A stretch of DNA of 64,000 bases from an uncultured Bacteroidales bacterium (GCA_934699095.1 CAKUVI010000006.1:56461-120460); one strand, 5' to 3'; numbered from the stretch's first letter, positions 1 through 9,596 are shown. Numbers and translations are program-made. The notes: generated by a model not told the origin, from the sequence alone.

Positions 1-3000
1 CACTGGGATTTCAAAACCGTATTGGGAGAAGTTCTGGTGTTCGCAGATGCTGCCTGTAACAGTATAGTTGTAGGTCGGAAGCGTTGATACCATGTGCTGT
101 GCCACCGCGCTGCATCCGTTTGTGCCGGTCACTGTCACTTCATAAAGGGTGTTGTCAGGGGTGACTACTACGGTCTGCGTGCTATCGCCGGTGTTCCATT
201 CATAGCTGATTGCGTTTGTGGAGGCGATTAGCGTTGTGGATTCGTCCTGACAGAGTGAGTTTACACCCAGAATCTGTACGAACGGGGCTGTCAAGGTCGC
301 AACGTTGATTGCTGCTATCGAGGTACAGCCGTAATCGTTGGTGGCGGTCACAGCATAGTTTCCGCCGGTGGTGATGTCGATATGGTCTTCAGTGCTGCCG
401 GTACTCCAAAGGAAGTCGTAGTCGCCCGAGACGGATAACGTTTCGGTGGTGTTCTCACAGATCGTCTCAACGCCATTGAGTGTGATGTATGGCACAGGGT
501 TGTTCACAACGGTGGCCGAGGCGGTGGCCTGGCAACCTGTGAGTGAGGTGGCGGTCACGGTGTATGCGCTGTGCTCAGACACTGTGATCTTCTGTGAAGT
601 GGCCCCGGTGCTCCAGAGATATGTGTGTCCTCCCGAAGCTGTGAGCTCTGTTGAGTCGCCATGGCAGATTGCCAATATGCCGTTGATGTGGACATCCGGC
701 AGCGCTTCCACGTTCACCACTTTGCTCGTTGTTGAATTGCAGCCGTGCTCGTCGTAGCCGGTTACCGTGTATGTTGTGGTCTGGGAAGGCATGATGTCTA
801 TGGATGGTGTGTTCTCGCCGGTGCTCCATGAATACATGACACCGCCGGTGGCTGTGAGCACTTCGGAAGAACCGCTGCAGATCATACCGTCTCCGTCGAT
901 GTTGATGACAGGCTTGCTCCACACAACAATCTCTATTGAGTCGCTGCGCTGGCAGTTGAGGCTGTTCGTGGCTGTAACCTTGTAAACACCTGCAGTGCCG
1001 GTTGTGAGTGTGCTGCCGGTATTGCCGTTGTTCCAAGTGTATGAGTTGCCGCCAGTGACAGATATTGTGGCAGTCTCACCATTGCATATCGAAGCGTTGC
1101 CGCTGAAGATGACAGACGGAAGCACGTTTACATTGACGGTTGCTGTGGCTTGTGACGAACATCCGAATGTGTTGAATGCCATTACAGTGTATGTGGTTGT
1201 CTGATTAGGACTTACAGAAATGTTGGCCACCTGGGCGCCAGTGCTCCACTGGTAGGTGTTGCCTCCCATGGCGGTAAGCACAGTGCTCTCGCCACGGCAG
1301 ATTGTCGTCTGGCCGATGATGCTTACAACAGGAAGCGCCTCCACTACGATGTTCTTGGTCACTGTTGAACTGCACCCGTTAGCGTCATAGCCGGTTACTG
1401 AATATGAGGTTGAGATAGAAGGTGAGATTGTGATTGACGACGAGTTGTCGTTGGTGTTCCATACGTATGTCTGCGCGCCGCCAGCCGACAGCAGGGTGGG
1501 GGTGTTGGCGCAGATGTGGTCGTTGCCGCTTATTGTCACAACAGGATTTGCATTGACAACTATCAGCACAGAGTCGGTGTTGACACAGTTGTAACTGTTG
1601 GAAGCTGTCACCTTGTGATATCCCGGTGTGGAGATATGTGCGGTGGCGGTGGCTTCTCCGGTTGACCATGCATAATTGACGGCTCCCGATGCTGTTATGT
1701 TTGCCATGCTGCCCTGACAGATGGTGCTGTTTCCACTGAATGTTATTGTCGGTAACTCGTTTACAACTATAGACTTGGACGCAGTTGCGGAACATCCGTA
1801 AGCGTTTGTGACAGTCACTATGTAAGTGGTGCTTGCTTCAGGAGATACTGCCAAGCTGCTGCCGGTGGCATCGCCGGTGTTCCAGTTGTACAGGACACCG
1901 CCAGTAGCTGTGAGTGTGGTTGATGAACCCTTGCAGACATTGCTCTCTCCGCTGATTTGAGGCGTAGGAAGCGCGTGTACAACAACGTTTCTCTTGGCTG
2001 TCGCTGAACATCCGTAGTTGTTGGTGGCGGTTACAGTGTACTGGCCGCTTTCTGATACAGTGATAGTTGCCGATGTCTCATCGGTGCTCCATGTGAATTG
2101 GGTGCCCGCACCACTGGTGGCCGTGAGCATCGTGCTGTTGCCTTGACAAGTCTCACCGTTGCCTACGATGCTGACTTGCGGCAGACTCCTTACCACCAAG
2201 TTTGTGCTGTACACTGTAGAGCATTGGTTGGGGTTGGTCACCGTCACGGTGTAGGTCCCGGCATCTTTGACGGTGATCTGGCTCTGGTGGCTGCCCGTTG
2301 ACCAGTAGTAGCTGCAGCCTACAGGTGCGTCTGCCGCTAAGACTGTCTGTTCACCGTTGCAGATCTCGATGTTCTCCGGAACATTTGCTGCAGGCACGGC
2401 GTTGACCACCACATTTGCGTTCAATATTGCTGAACACCCGTTGTCATTGGTCACCGTCACTGTGTATAACCCGGCAGTGGCTGTGCTCAAGTATGGTGAA
2501 TAGATATTGGTGCTCCATTTGTACTGTGTGCCGCCGTTGGCCTGCAAATGTGCGGTGTCTCCCTGACAGATAGTGGTGTTTCCCGTTATGTAAGCTGCAG
2601 GCGGCTGATTTACGATGACGGTCTTCGACGCGGTTGTGGTACATCCGTTATTGTCGGTGACTAACAGGGTGTATGTGGTCGTTGTAGTCGGGTTGACGTT
2701 GATGGTCGCGCCGGTTTGACCGGTGGACCAGTTGTATGTGCTGCCGTTTGAGATGGCTGTGAGTGTTACCGACTCTCCGCTGCAGATGTTGTCGTTGGAG
2801 AGCAATGTAACAACTGGCGCGGGGTTCACAAGCACCGTGGCTGATGTGGAAGCTGTGCATCCGTATTGGTTGGTGACGGTTACGGCATATGTGCCGGTTG
2901 CGTTAACGCTGATGAGTGCAGATGTGTTGCCGTCATCCCAGATGTAGCTGTTGCCGCCCGACGCCCTGAGTGTCGTTGACTGACCCTCGCAGATCGTCAT

Positions 3001-6000
3001 GTTGCCGTTGATTACAGGAGCAGGCATGTTGTACTCGCTTACCGTTGCCGACAATGTGCTCTGACATCCGTTAGAGTTTGTGACTGTCACCGAATATTGC
3101 CCTGGAGCTGAAATTGAAATGTTGTTGGTAGTGCTTCCGTCAAACCACTGATATGAATAGTTCCCCGGATCTGAAACTGCAAGTGTGGTGCTTTGCCCAT
3201 GGCAGAAATATCTGTTGCCGGTGATGGTTGCACTAACCTCATCGCGAGTTACATTCACATTCTTGGTGGCGGAACAGCCGTTGTTGTCTGTACCGGTCAC
3301 TGTATAGGTTCCTGCGTATGAAGCACTAATGGTTTGTGTTGTCTCACCTGAATTCCACTGATATGATGTGCCGCCAGTAGCAGTCAGAGTGGTGCTGCCG
3401 CCTTGACAGAATGTGAGTCGGCCCAAGACGTTGATCTCAGGAAGCTGGTTGACAATGACGTTGACAGTGGCGGTGTTGCTGCAACCGTTGATGTCGGATG
3501 CAGTCACTGTGTAAACACCCTCGGTTGAAACCGTGATCTTCGCAAGGCTGGTCCCGTTGCTCCATGCATATTGGCTGCCGCCAGTGGCGGTCAACACTGT
3601 GTTTCCTCCTGCACAAATGCTGGTGTTGCCTGTGATCTCTGCCGTGGGCAGGTCGTTCACGTTTATGCTTATGTTGCCGGTCTTCTTGCAGCCGTAGATG
3701 TTGGTGACCGTCACTGAATAGTTTGTGGCTGACTGCGGGGTTACTGTCGTGGTGTCGGTGGTGGCACCGTTGCTCCAAACGTAGTCGCTGCCGCCAAAGG
3801 CCTGCAATGTGGTGCTGCTGCCTTTACACAGTGTGGTGCTGCCCGAAATGTTGATCTCCGGTATGTCGGCGTCTATGACATGCACGCTTGCGGTCGTTGA
3901 ACAGTTGTAGGCATTAGTGGTCTTGACGGTGTATGTGCCTGCCAAGGTCACATTGATCGAAGGCGTCGTCTCGCCGCTCGACCATTGGAACACACTGCCC
4001 GTTGACTGGGCTGTTAGCGTCAATGTGTTGCCAGTGCACAGGAATGTGGTGTCGGGAACAATCAACGCCGGCGACTCTTTTACATTCAGTTTCACATAGA
4101 ATACAGAATCGTAGTCAGAAACTGCCGAGGGGGTGAGGAATCTGTAAACACCAGCCGCTGTGAGCACACTGTCGAAGATGGTGTACGGCAGGTCGTTTGA
4201 ACAGATCTCCTTGAATATTGTGTCGTTGTTTATGATTGCAGGATTGACTGTGAGATGAATGGAAACTACACTGTCGCAACCATGTATTGTCTTAAGCGTC
4301 TGTTCATGATAACCGTCAGTGGTGTATGCGCTGTCACCGAAATGATATGGCATCTCGTATTCACCCACGGTAAGGTATATCGTCTCGTCTTGGTATGTCG
4401 GATAGTGTGATACATTCAGTACGATCACACTGTCATAGTCGGCCAAATGGTATGTGAACTCATGCTCGCCGGCTGTTGAAACAGTCTCGCCGAGGAAGCT
4501 GATGGATTCATTGGCGCAGAAGGCAGTGTCCATTCTCACAGTGTAAGTCTGAAGTACGTTCAAATTCAAAGTCACAAGAGTGTCACAACCTCCGTTTGTG
4601 TCCGGGATTCTGAAAGTGTAAACGCCGCTCTCGGTGTAAGAGCTGTCACGGTAGGTGAACGGAATGTCGTTTCTGGTGATGGTGAATTCATCGTTTATCG
4701 TTGGATGCTCGTTGACTGTGAGCATCAGTTTTACACGCGCGCTGTCGCAGCCGAGCTGGTTCTTCACCATCTTGGTGTATGTGCCGCTTGAGTAGTATTT
4801 GCTGCCAAAGAACTCATACGGAACCTCCGAACTGCAGATGGTTGCATATACGGTGTCGTTGACGATGGCTGGCTTGATTGTGAGAATCAGGATGTGCTTG
4901 TCGATGCATTGATAACTGTTGGCTGTTTCAATGGTGTATGTGCCGGATGCTGTGAAAGTGCTGTCATAGAAGGTGTAAGAATCTTCGTTGGTGCAGATTA
5001 CGAGGGTGTCGGTTGATGACGGCTTTCTGGTGAGCTGCAATACCGTGAAATTGGAGCATGCGGTGTCAGGATTGTTGTCGATATAGTACTGTCCGAAGTC
5101 GTTGTATTCGATACCATTATATATATATGGAAGGGAACTCTCGCAGAGAGCCTCCGCAACAGTGTCGAAAACAGGCTGGTTGACGGTGAGGTTGATTGTC
5201 AGTAGGAGGCTGTCGCAGCCGTGGATGTTCTTGAGAGGTTGGTAGTAGGTGCCGGAAGTGTAGTAGGGGATGTCGTGGCACATGAACGGAGCGTCTGCAG
5301 CGCAAATGGTAGTGTCGATTGTTGCGCGGAGCTTCGATGAAGGCAGTGTGCTGATTATCAGCCGTGTTGTGGCCAAGCAACCATGCTCTGTGGTGTGGAG
5401 CACCATGTAGGTGCCAGGACTGTTGAAATTCTGGCCTGCGAAGGAGTATGGTAGCTCGCTCTGGCAGATCTGTACATTCACGGTGTCGCTTACCGTCGGA
5501 TATGTCTCGACTATGTAGGTCTTCACAATCGGGCATCCCTCCGAGTCGTATCCTTGGATGAAGTCGAACGAACCGGGGGTGTCAAACGTGATGTCTTCGT
5601 ATTGGATGGAGGATTCACCCTGGCAGATACCGAGGTTTATGGTGTCGCGTTGACCTTGCATCACGTTGAGTTTCAGCAGGATGAAAGCGCTGTCGCAGCC
5701 CTTGGTCGTGGGAAAGCCGAGCTCGTAGTCGCCCGACTTGTAGAAGAAGTGACCGCTGAAGGTGTATGGCAGGTTGCTGCTGCATATCTTGGCCTCTACA
5801 GTGTCGTGAACACTGTAGCTCTTGCCCAATGTGATGTTGTAAACGTTGAGCACGTCCATGTACACTGTCCCTTGCGAGGTCGAATAGTGCGGTATCCTCA
5901 CAGTCGTGTCGGTGCGGTATGTGACGCCGTTGGCCGGCAACACCAAACTGTCGCATCCGAAGACCGGATGATATACCGTGTCGGTTGTCTGTGCATTGGC

Positions 6001-6072
6001 GCCTCCGCACAACGCTGCGAGGACCATTAACAATGCAATAGCTGATAACTTGTTGTATCTCAGTATTTTCAT
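1..6072 (-). CDS. Giant secreted/cell-surface tandem-repeat protein (adhesin-like). The 5' end is intact and the 3' end runs off the left window edge (>=2024 aa).
   Basis: The complement ATG at 6072 opens a frame with no stop down to nt 1 (6072 nt = 2024 codons). It is absent from the ORF track only because it has no in-window stop; no other minus-strand ORF in this phase is listed. The N-terminus MKILRYNKLSAIALLMVLAALCGGANAQ looks like a signal peptide. It is followed by ~12 x ~53-aa Cys repeats and then 19 x ~71-aa Ig-like repeats. Confidence 0.85.
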   Translation of the reverse strand, partial: MKILRYNKLSAIALLMVLAALCGGANAQTTDTVYHPVFGCDSLVLPANGVTYRTDTTVRIPHYSTSQGTVYMDVLNVYNITLGKSYSVHDTVEAKICSSNLPYTFSGHFFYKSGDYELGFPTTKGCDSAFILLKLNVMQGQRDTINLGICQGESSIQYEDITFDTPGSFDFIQGYDSEGCPIVKTYIVETYPTVSDTVNVQICQSELPYSFAGQNFNSPGTYMVLHTTEHGCLATTRLIISTLPSSKLRATIDTTICAADAPFMCHDIPYYTSGTYYQPLKNIHGCDSLLLTINLTVNQPVFDTVAEALCESSLPYIYNGIEYNDFGQYYIDNNPDTACSNFTVLQLTRKPSSTDTLVICTNEDSYTFYDSTFTASGTYTIETANSYQCIDKHILILTIKPAIVNDTVYATICSSEVPYEFFGSKYYSSGTYTKMVKNQLGCDSARVKLMLTVNEHPTINDEFTITRNDIPFTYRDSSYTESGVYTFRIPDTNGGCDTLVTLNLNVLQTYTVRMDTAFCANESISFLGETVSTAGEHEFTYHLADYDSVIVLNVSHYPTYQDETIYLTVGEYEMPYHFGDSAYTTDGYHEQTLKTIHGCDSVVSIHLTVNPAIINNDTIFKEICSNDLPYTIFDSVLTAAGVYRFLTPSAVSDYDSVFYVKLNVKESPALIVPDTTFLCTGNTLTLTAQSTGSVFQWSSGETTPSINVTLAGTYTVKTTNAYNCSTTASVHVIDADIPEINISGSTTLCKGSSTTLQAFGGSDYVWSNGATTDTTTVTPQSATNYSVTVTNIYGCKKTGNISINVNDLPTAEITGNTSICAGGNTVLTATGGSQYAWSNGTSLAKITVSTEGVYTVTASDINGCSNTATVNVIVNQLPEINVLGRLTFCQGGSTTLTATGGTSYQWNSGETTQTISASYAGTYTVTGTDNNGCSATKNVNVTRDEVSATITGNRYFCHGQSTTLAVSDPGNYSYQWFDGSTTNNISISAPGQYSVTVTNSNGCQSTLSATVSEYNMPAPVINGNMTICEGQSTTLRASGGNSYIWDDGNTSALISVNATGTYAVTVTNQYGCTASTSATVLVNPAPVVTLLSNDNICSGESVTLTAISNGSTYNWSTGQTGATINVNPTTTTTYTLLVTDNNGCTTTASKTVIVNQPPAAYITGNTTICQGDTAHLQANGGTQYKWSTNIYSPYLSTATAGLYTVTVTNDNGCSAILNANVVVNAVPAANVPENIEICNGEQTVLAADAPVGCSYYWSTGSHQSQITVKDAGTYTVTVTNPNQCSTVYSTNLVVRSLPQVSIVGNGETCQGNSTMLTATSGAGTQFTWSTDETSATITVSESGQYTVTATNNYGCSATAKRNVVVHALPTPQISGESNVCKGSSTTLTATGGVLYNWNTGDATGSSLAVSPEASTTYIVTVTNAYGCSATASKSIVVNELPTITFSGNSTICQGSMANITASGAVNYAWSTGEATATAHISTPGYHKVTASNSYNCVNTDSVLIVVNANPVVTISGNDHICANTPTLLSAGGAQTYVWNTNDNSSSITISPSISTSYSVTGYDANGCSSTVTKNIVVEALPVVSIIGQTTICRGESTVLTAMGGNTYQWSTGAQVANISVSPNQTTTYTVMAFNTFGCSSQATATVNVNVLPSVIFSGNASICNGETATISVTGGNSYTWNNGNTGSTLTTGTAGVYKVTATNSLNCQRSDSIEIVVWSKPVINIDGDGMICSGSSEVLTATGGVMYSWSTGENTPSIDIMPSQTTTYTVTGYDEHGCNSTTSKVVNVEALPDVHINGILAICHGDSTELTASGGHTYLWSTGATSQKITVSEHSAYTVTATSLTGCQATASATVVNNPVPYITLNGVETICENTTETLSVSGDYDFLWSTGSTEDHIDITTGGNYAVTATNDYGCTSIAAINVATLTAPFVQILGVNSLCQDESTTLIASTNAISYEWNTGDSTQTVVVTPDNTLYEVTVTGTNGCSAVAQHMVSTLPTYNYTVTGSICEHQNFSQYGFEIPV
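90..4070 (-). repeat. Coding tandem array of 19 diverged ~71-aa (~213 bp) Ig-like/PKD-like repeats in the second module of the giant protein
   Basis: I counted 19 units with the pattern I-x-G-x3-[IL]-C-x-G-x-S-T-x-L-T-A-x-G-G-x2-Y-x-W-S-x-G ... Y-x-V-T-[AV]-T-x3-G-C. An example is LCKGSSTTLQAFGGSDYVWSNGATTDTTTVTPQSATNYSVTVTNIYGCKKTGNISINVN. Boundaries are approximate. Confidence 0.85.
4081..5980 (-). repeat. Coding tandem array of ~12 diverged ~53-aa (~160 bp) repeats in the N-terminal module of the giant protein
   Basis: My translation shows recurring units such as ICSSNLPYTFSGHFFYKSGDYELGFPTTKGCDSAFILLKLNV, ICQSELPYSFAGQNFNSPGTYMVLHTTEHGCLATTRLIIS and ICSSEVPYEFFGSKYYSSGTYTKMVKNQLGCDSARVKLMLTV. 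The rough consensus is DT-x4-IC-x3-LPY-x-F-x-G-x6-G-x-Y-x8-GCDS-x3-L-x-L-x-V. Confidence 0.8.
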
Positions 6073-6123
6073 AATTATTTTGTAATATAGTGTTACCATA
6101 TAGAATATCAACATTAAAATGTG

Positions 6124-6131
6124 CAAAAATA
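6124..6131 (-). promoter_or_regulatory. Bacteroidota -7 promoter box (TATTTTTG) for the giant repeat-protein gene
   Basis: The plus strand reads caaaaata, whose complement TATTTTTG fits TAnnTTTG. It lies ~50 nt upstream of the ATG at 6072, with an A-run upstream (AAAAAATGTATTTTTGCA). Confidence 0.6.
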
Positions 6132-6185
6132 CATTTTTTGCAAGAATGTGGCAAAAAAAAAAATAACGCGTCTGGCAGGTGAAAA

Positions 6186-6932
6186 TTATTTCGTGTCGAA
6201 AATCCTGAATTTGGCGAGATGCCATTTCTGGAGGCGGTATTGCAACGATGTGGCAAGCACACCGAGACCGTACTTGCAACTGCGCCTGAAGTTTATGGAG
6301 GAGGCCTCCGGAAAGTATTTGGTGGGACAGGTCATCTCCCCGATTTCAAAGCCTGCGTGGAATATCTGCGCGATCATCTGGTTGTCGAACACGAAGTCGT
6401 CAGAGTTGTTCATGAAAGGCACTTTTCTGAGCACTTCGGATGAGAATGCGCGGTAGCCTGTGTGATATTCCGAGAGCTTCTCGCCCAGGATGAGGTTCTG
6501 CGCAAAAGTGAGGCATCTGTTGAAGAAGTATTTGTAGTACGGCATTCCGCCTCTCAGCGCGCCGCCGCCCAAGATCCTCGAACCCAACACCACGGGGTAG
6601 AGCCCGTTTGCTATCATGTAGGCCATCGATTCTATAAGCTTAGGAGTGTATTGGTAGTCGGGGTGCAGCATGACCACGATGTCGGCTCCCAATTCCAGCG
6701 CCTTCCGGTAGCAGGTCTTCTGGTTGGCCCCGTAACCCTTGTTGGTGGCGTGCTTCACTATGGTGCCGATGCCGAGCTCCCTCGCCCTGAGAAGCGTGTC
6801 GTCACCGGAGTCATCGTCAACCAGAACCACCTCGTCAACAATGTCCAATGGTATCTCCATGTAGGTCTTCTCCAAGGTCTGAGCCGCATTGAAGGCCGGT
6901 AATACAACAACAATCTTTTTCCCTTTCAACAT
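6186..6932 (-). CDS. Glycosyltransferase family 2 (polyprenol-phosphate sugar synthase-like)
   Basis: 248-aa track ORF with its ATG verified at 6932. It has the GT-A N-terminus KIVVVLPAFNAAQTLEKTY and a VLVDDDSGDDT (DxD-type) motif. Confidence 0.85.
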   Translation of the reverse strand: MLKGKKIVVVLPAFNAAQTLEKTYMEIPLDIVDEVVLVDDDSGDDTLLRARELGIGTIVKHATNKGYGANQKTCYRKALELGADIVVMLHPDYQYTPKLIESMAYMIANGLYPVVLGSRILGGGALRGGMPYYKYFFNRCLTFAQNLILGEKLSEYHTGYRAFSSEVLRKVPFMNNSDDFVFDNQMIAQIFHAGFEIGEMTCPTKYFPEASSINFRRSCKYGLGVLATSLQYRLQKWHLAKFRIFDTK

Positions 6933-6952
6933 ACGAAAAATGTTTTGCGCCG

Positions 6953-6960
6953 CAAAGGTA
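6953..6960 (-). promoter_or_regulatory. -7 promoter box (TACCTTTG) for the GT2 gene
   Basis: The plus strand reads caaaggta, whose complement is TACCTTTG. It lies ~20 nt upstream of the ATG at 6932. Confidence 0.55.
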
Positions 6961-7030
6961 GGATTTTTTCACCAAACGACATAAAATACCCGGAATTTTC
7001 AAAATCTGAACAATAAAACTGAATTTTTAT

Positions 7031-7038
7031 TATTTTTG
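7031..7038 (+). promoter_or_regulatory. -7 promoter box (TATTTTTG) for the 7085 gene
   Basis: TATTTTTG fits TAnnTTTG and lies ~47 nt upstream of the ATG at 7085. Confidence 0.55.
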
Positions 7039-7084
7039 CGCCTGATTTTCTGAAAGATAGAAAAGCCCTATTATCCCTATTTAG

Positions 7085-7687
7085 ATGGAAAAGTTTTATT
7101 TTGCAGATTTCATAAAAGACGACGGAGATGTCAGGGAGAACCTGATGCGGCTTCAGAGGAAATACCCGGCCTCGGCTTTCCTTAACATGTTCTGTCTCAG
7201 CAGTGCGCCACAACAGAAGACACAGCGCGCAAGGATGTTGATGACCATCTTCGACAAAAAGCGTCTCTTGGCCAACAAACTCGAAGTTGAACCTGTGGTC
7301 GCACAGCGCGAGGCCCCTTCAATCAATGTCGTGGAACACAAGAAACACGAAAGCCACGAGCTTAACCCTATTTTTGTTAAACATCCCGTCGCCAACCACG
7401 ACGACCGCCAGGCTCTCATAGACCAACTCATCGAGAAATTTTCAAAAGATGCACCGAAAATCATATATTCTCCTGATGTCCATGATGCCGAAGCTGATTA
7501 CGGCATTGAGAGCTCAAAAGAGGATATGAGTATTGTAAGTGCTTCGTTAGCAGATGTTTACGCTGAACAGGGCTACTATGAGAGAGCTATTCAAATGTAT
7601 GAAATATTAAAGTTGCATTTTCCGGAAAAAAATAGTATCTTTGCCGCCCGAATTGAAGAGTTGCAAAGTAAGGTGTCAAAAGGGTGA
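7085..7687 (+). CDS. Hypothetical protein with a TPR-like C-terminal helix pair
   Basis: 200-aa ORF with its own promoter box. The C-terminus YAEQGYYERAIQMYEILKLHFPEKN resembles a TPR unit. I recognise no other family. Confidence 0.55.
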   Translation: MEKFYFADFIKDDGDVRENLMRLQRKYPASAFLNMFCLSSAPQQKTQRARMLMTIFDKKRLLANKLEVEPVVAQREAPSINVVEHKKHESHELNPIFVKHPVANHDDRQALIDQLIEKFSKDAPKIIYSPDVHDAEADYGIESSKEDMSIVSASLADVYAEQGYYERAIQMYEILKLHFPEKNSIFAARIEELQSKVSKG

Positions 7688-7767
7688 TTTTGGCATGATA
7701 TTTGTAAAGAATAATGGTTCGAAAATAAGTAAAAATAATAACAATAACTAACTAAAAGAAGTAGAAT

Positions 7768-8055
7768 ATGTTTACATTGTGCGTGGTATTAATCATTTTG
7801 GCAAGCATAGTATTGGGATTTGTTGTTCTGATCCAGAATTCCAAAGGCGGCGGCCTCGCGTCAAATTTTGCATCATCAAACCAAGTCATGGGTGTCCGCA
7901 AGACTGCCGACGTGCTTGAAAAGACAACTTGGGGCTTGGCAGCTGGCATCATGCTGCTCTGTTTCGTATGCGCCTTCATATCAAAGAGCGAATACAACAG
8001 CATTCATGGCAACAACACTCAAGTAGAGCAAACAACAGATGCTGCCGAAGAATAA
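7768..8055 (+). CDS. secG: Preprotein translocase subunit SecG
   Basis: 95 aa with two TM segments and the typical LIQNSKGGGLASNFASSNQVMGVRKTAD motif. Confidence 0.85.
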   Translation: MFTLCVVLIILASIVLGFVVLIQNSKGGGLASNFASSNQVMGVRKTADVLEKTTWGLAAGIMLLCFVCAFISKSEYNSIHGNNTQVEQTTDAAEE

Positions 8056-8084
8056 AATATAGAGATTTTATAGCTGTAAACATG

Positions 8085-8113
8085 CAACGCCGCCGGTGTT
8101 GTGTGTTTTTTTT
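8085..8113 (+). terminator. Rho-independent terminator after secG
   Basis: The hairpin caacgcc-gcc-ggtgttg is followed by tgtgtgtttttttt. Confidence 0.5.
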
Positions 8114-8136
8114 GTAGATAATTAAATAGTAGTATA

Positions 8137-9594
8137 ATGAACGTAAAACACGAAAATGCTCCTGGCCAGATCCAGGAACTCGTCATTGAAATCCAAAAAG
8201 CAGATTACGCTGAAAATGTAGAAAAAGCCCTGAAAAAACAACGCCGTGAGGCTTCTGTGCCGGGCTTCCGCAAAGGCAACGCCCCGATGGGCATCATCAA
8301 AAAAATGTATGAGAAAAACATCCTCGTATATGAGGTTGACCGCATTGTCAATGAACAGATCAACAAGTTCTTCGAGGACAACAAGGTCAAATATATCTTC
8401 GAACCAATGCCCGTGGAGGAAAAATCCACCGTTGATTTCGACAACCCTGAAGATTTTGTGTTTACCTACGAATACGCCCTTCGCCCCGATGTGAAGGTTG
8501 ACTACAAAGCCATGCCGGCAGTCACCGACTTCACAATCGTTCCGGCAGAAGAGGAAATCAATGCCTATGTAGGCCAGCTCCGCGAACGCCACGGCAAATA
8601 TGTTAACCCTGAAGAAGTAGCTGAAAATGACAGCATATCTGCAGATTACGGCGGCGAAAGAGAAGCATTCTTCTTCATAAGAGATCTCAAGGATGAAGCC
8701 AAGAAAGAGTTCATCGGCAAAAAGGTTAATGACAAACTCTCAGCTGAGATGCGCAAAGCATTCGCAACCGACGCACAGTTCTCTCGCGCTTTCAATGTCG
8801 AGATGAAAGACCTCAACGATGACGACCCTTACAAGTATGACCTCACTATCAAGCGCATCGGCCGCATTGAACCCGCCGAACTCAACGAGGATTTCTTCAA
8901 GACCGCCTTCCCTGACGGCCGCGTTACTTCAGAAGAAGCACTTAACAATGAGGCTAAATCCGTTCTTGCCCAGCAATACGTCCCTGACGCAGACCGCCTC
9001 TTCATGAACAAGGCCATAGAAACTCTTCTCGACAATGTCACAATCGATATCCCTGAGGATTTTGCAAAACGCTATATCAAGGCTGTACAAAAGGACATGT
9101 CAGACGAAGAACTTGAAAAGGATTTTGACAAGTTTATCCGTTCTTTCAAGTGGCAAATACTTGAAAACGAGGTTGTGGAAGGCGAAGATGTACAGGTTAA
9201 CCGCGCCGATATCGAGGAGTATTTCCGCGACTATTTCGTAAGGAATTATTTCGGCAACTTCAACGCCGACAGCGTTAAGGATCAGCTCGACAAACTCGTT
9301 CAACAGGCTATGGGCAACCAAGAGTATGTAAAGAACGCATACGATATGCTCTACGACCAAAAGCTTATGGGTGTTCTCCGCAAGAAGATGAATATCGAGC
9401 ACAAAGAGGGCGACTTCAAGGCTTTCATCGATGAGGTATCACCTAAAGAGGATAAAAAAGAGACAGAGGCAAAGCCTAAGAAGACCACGAGAAAAAAGGC
9501 CGCTCCAAAGGCTGAGGAGAGCACAGAGGAACCTGCAGCCGAGGAAAAGCCGAAAAAGACAAGAAAAACAACAAAGAAAAACGACAAAGAGTAA
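8137..9594 (+). CDS. tig: Trigger factor with an unusual Lys/Glu/Pro-rich C-terminal tail
   Basis: 485 aa. The N-terminal ribosome-binding region contains the [10 protein letters not shown] signature. It sits upstream of clpP-clpX as in many bacteria. Confidence 0.9.
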   Translation: MNVKHENAPGQIQELVIEIQKADYAENVEKALKKQRREASVPGFRKGNAPMGIIKKMYEKNILVYEVDRIVNEQINKFFEDNKVKYIFEPMPVEEKSTVDFDNPEDFVFTYEYALRPDVKVDYKAMPAVTDFTIVPAEEEINAYVGQLRERHGKYVNPEEVAENDSISADYGGEREAFFFIRDLKDEAKKEFIGKKVNDKLSAEMRKAFATDAQFSRAFNVEMKDLNDDDPYKYDLTIKRIGRIEPAELNEDFFKTAFPDGRVTSEEALNNEAKSVLAQQYVPDADRLFMNKAIETLLDNVTIDIPEDFAKRYIKAVQKDMSDEELEKDFDKFIRSFKWQILENEVVEGEDVQVNRADIEEYFRDYFVRNYFGNFNADSVKDQLDKLVQQAMGNQEYVKNAYDMLYDQKLMGVLRKKMNIEHKEGDFKAFIDEVSPKEDKKETEAKPKKTTRKKAAPKAEESTEEPAAEEKPKKTRKTTKKNDKE

Positions 9595-9596
9595 TT

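Noticed and set aside
1-4100. Regular ~213-bp periodic repeats that might suggest a CRISPR array or satellite
   Set aside because: The repeats are diverged, contiguous with no unique spacers, and in one open reading frame that encodes Ig-like domains. They are coding tandem repeats, not a CRISPR array.
446-6030. About 25 short ORFs on both strands listed in the track across the first 6 kb (for example 446..757+, 575..1036-, 3437..3778-, 5554..6030+, 5615..6262-)
   Set aside because: All are out of phase with, and fully overlapped by, the uninterrupted 2024-codon minus-strand frame ending at the ATG at 6072. Their translations are low-complexity (His/Arg/Gln-rich or Val-rich), typical of shadow frames of a Thr/Asn/Gly-rich repeat gene.
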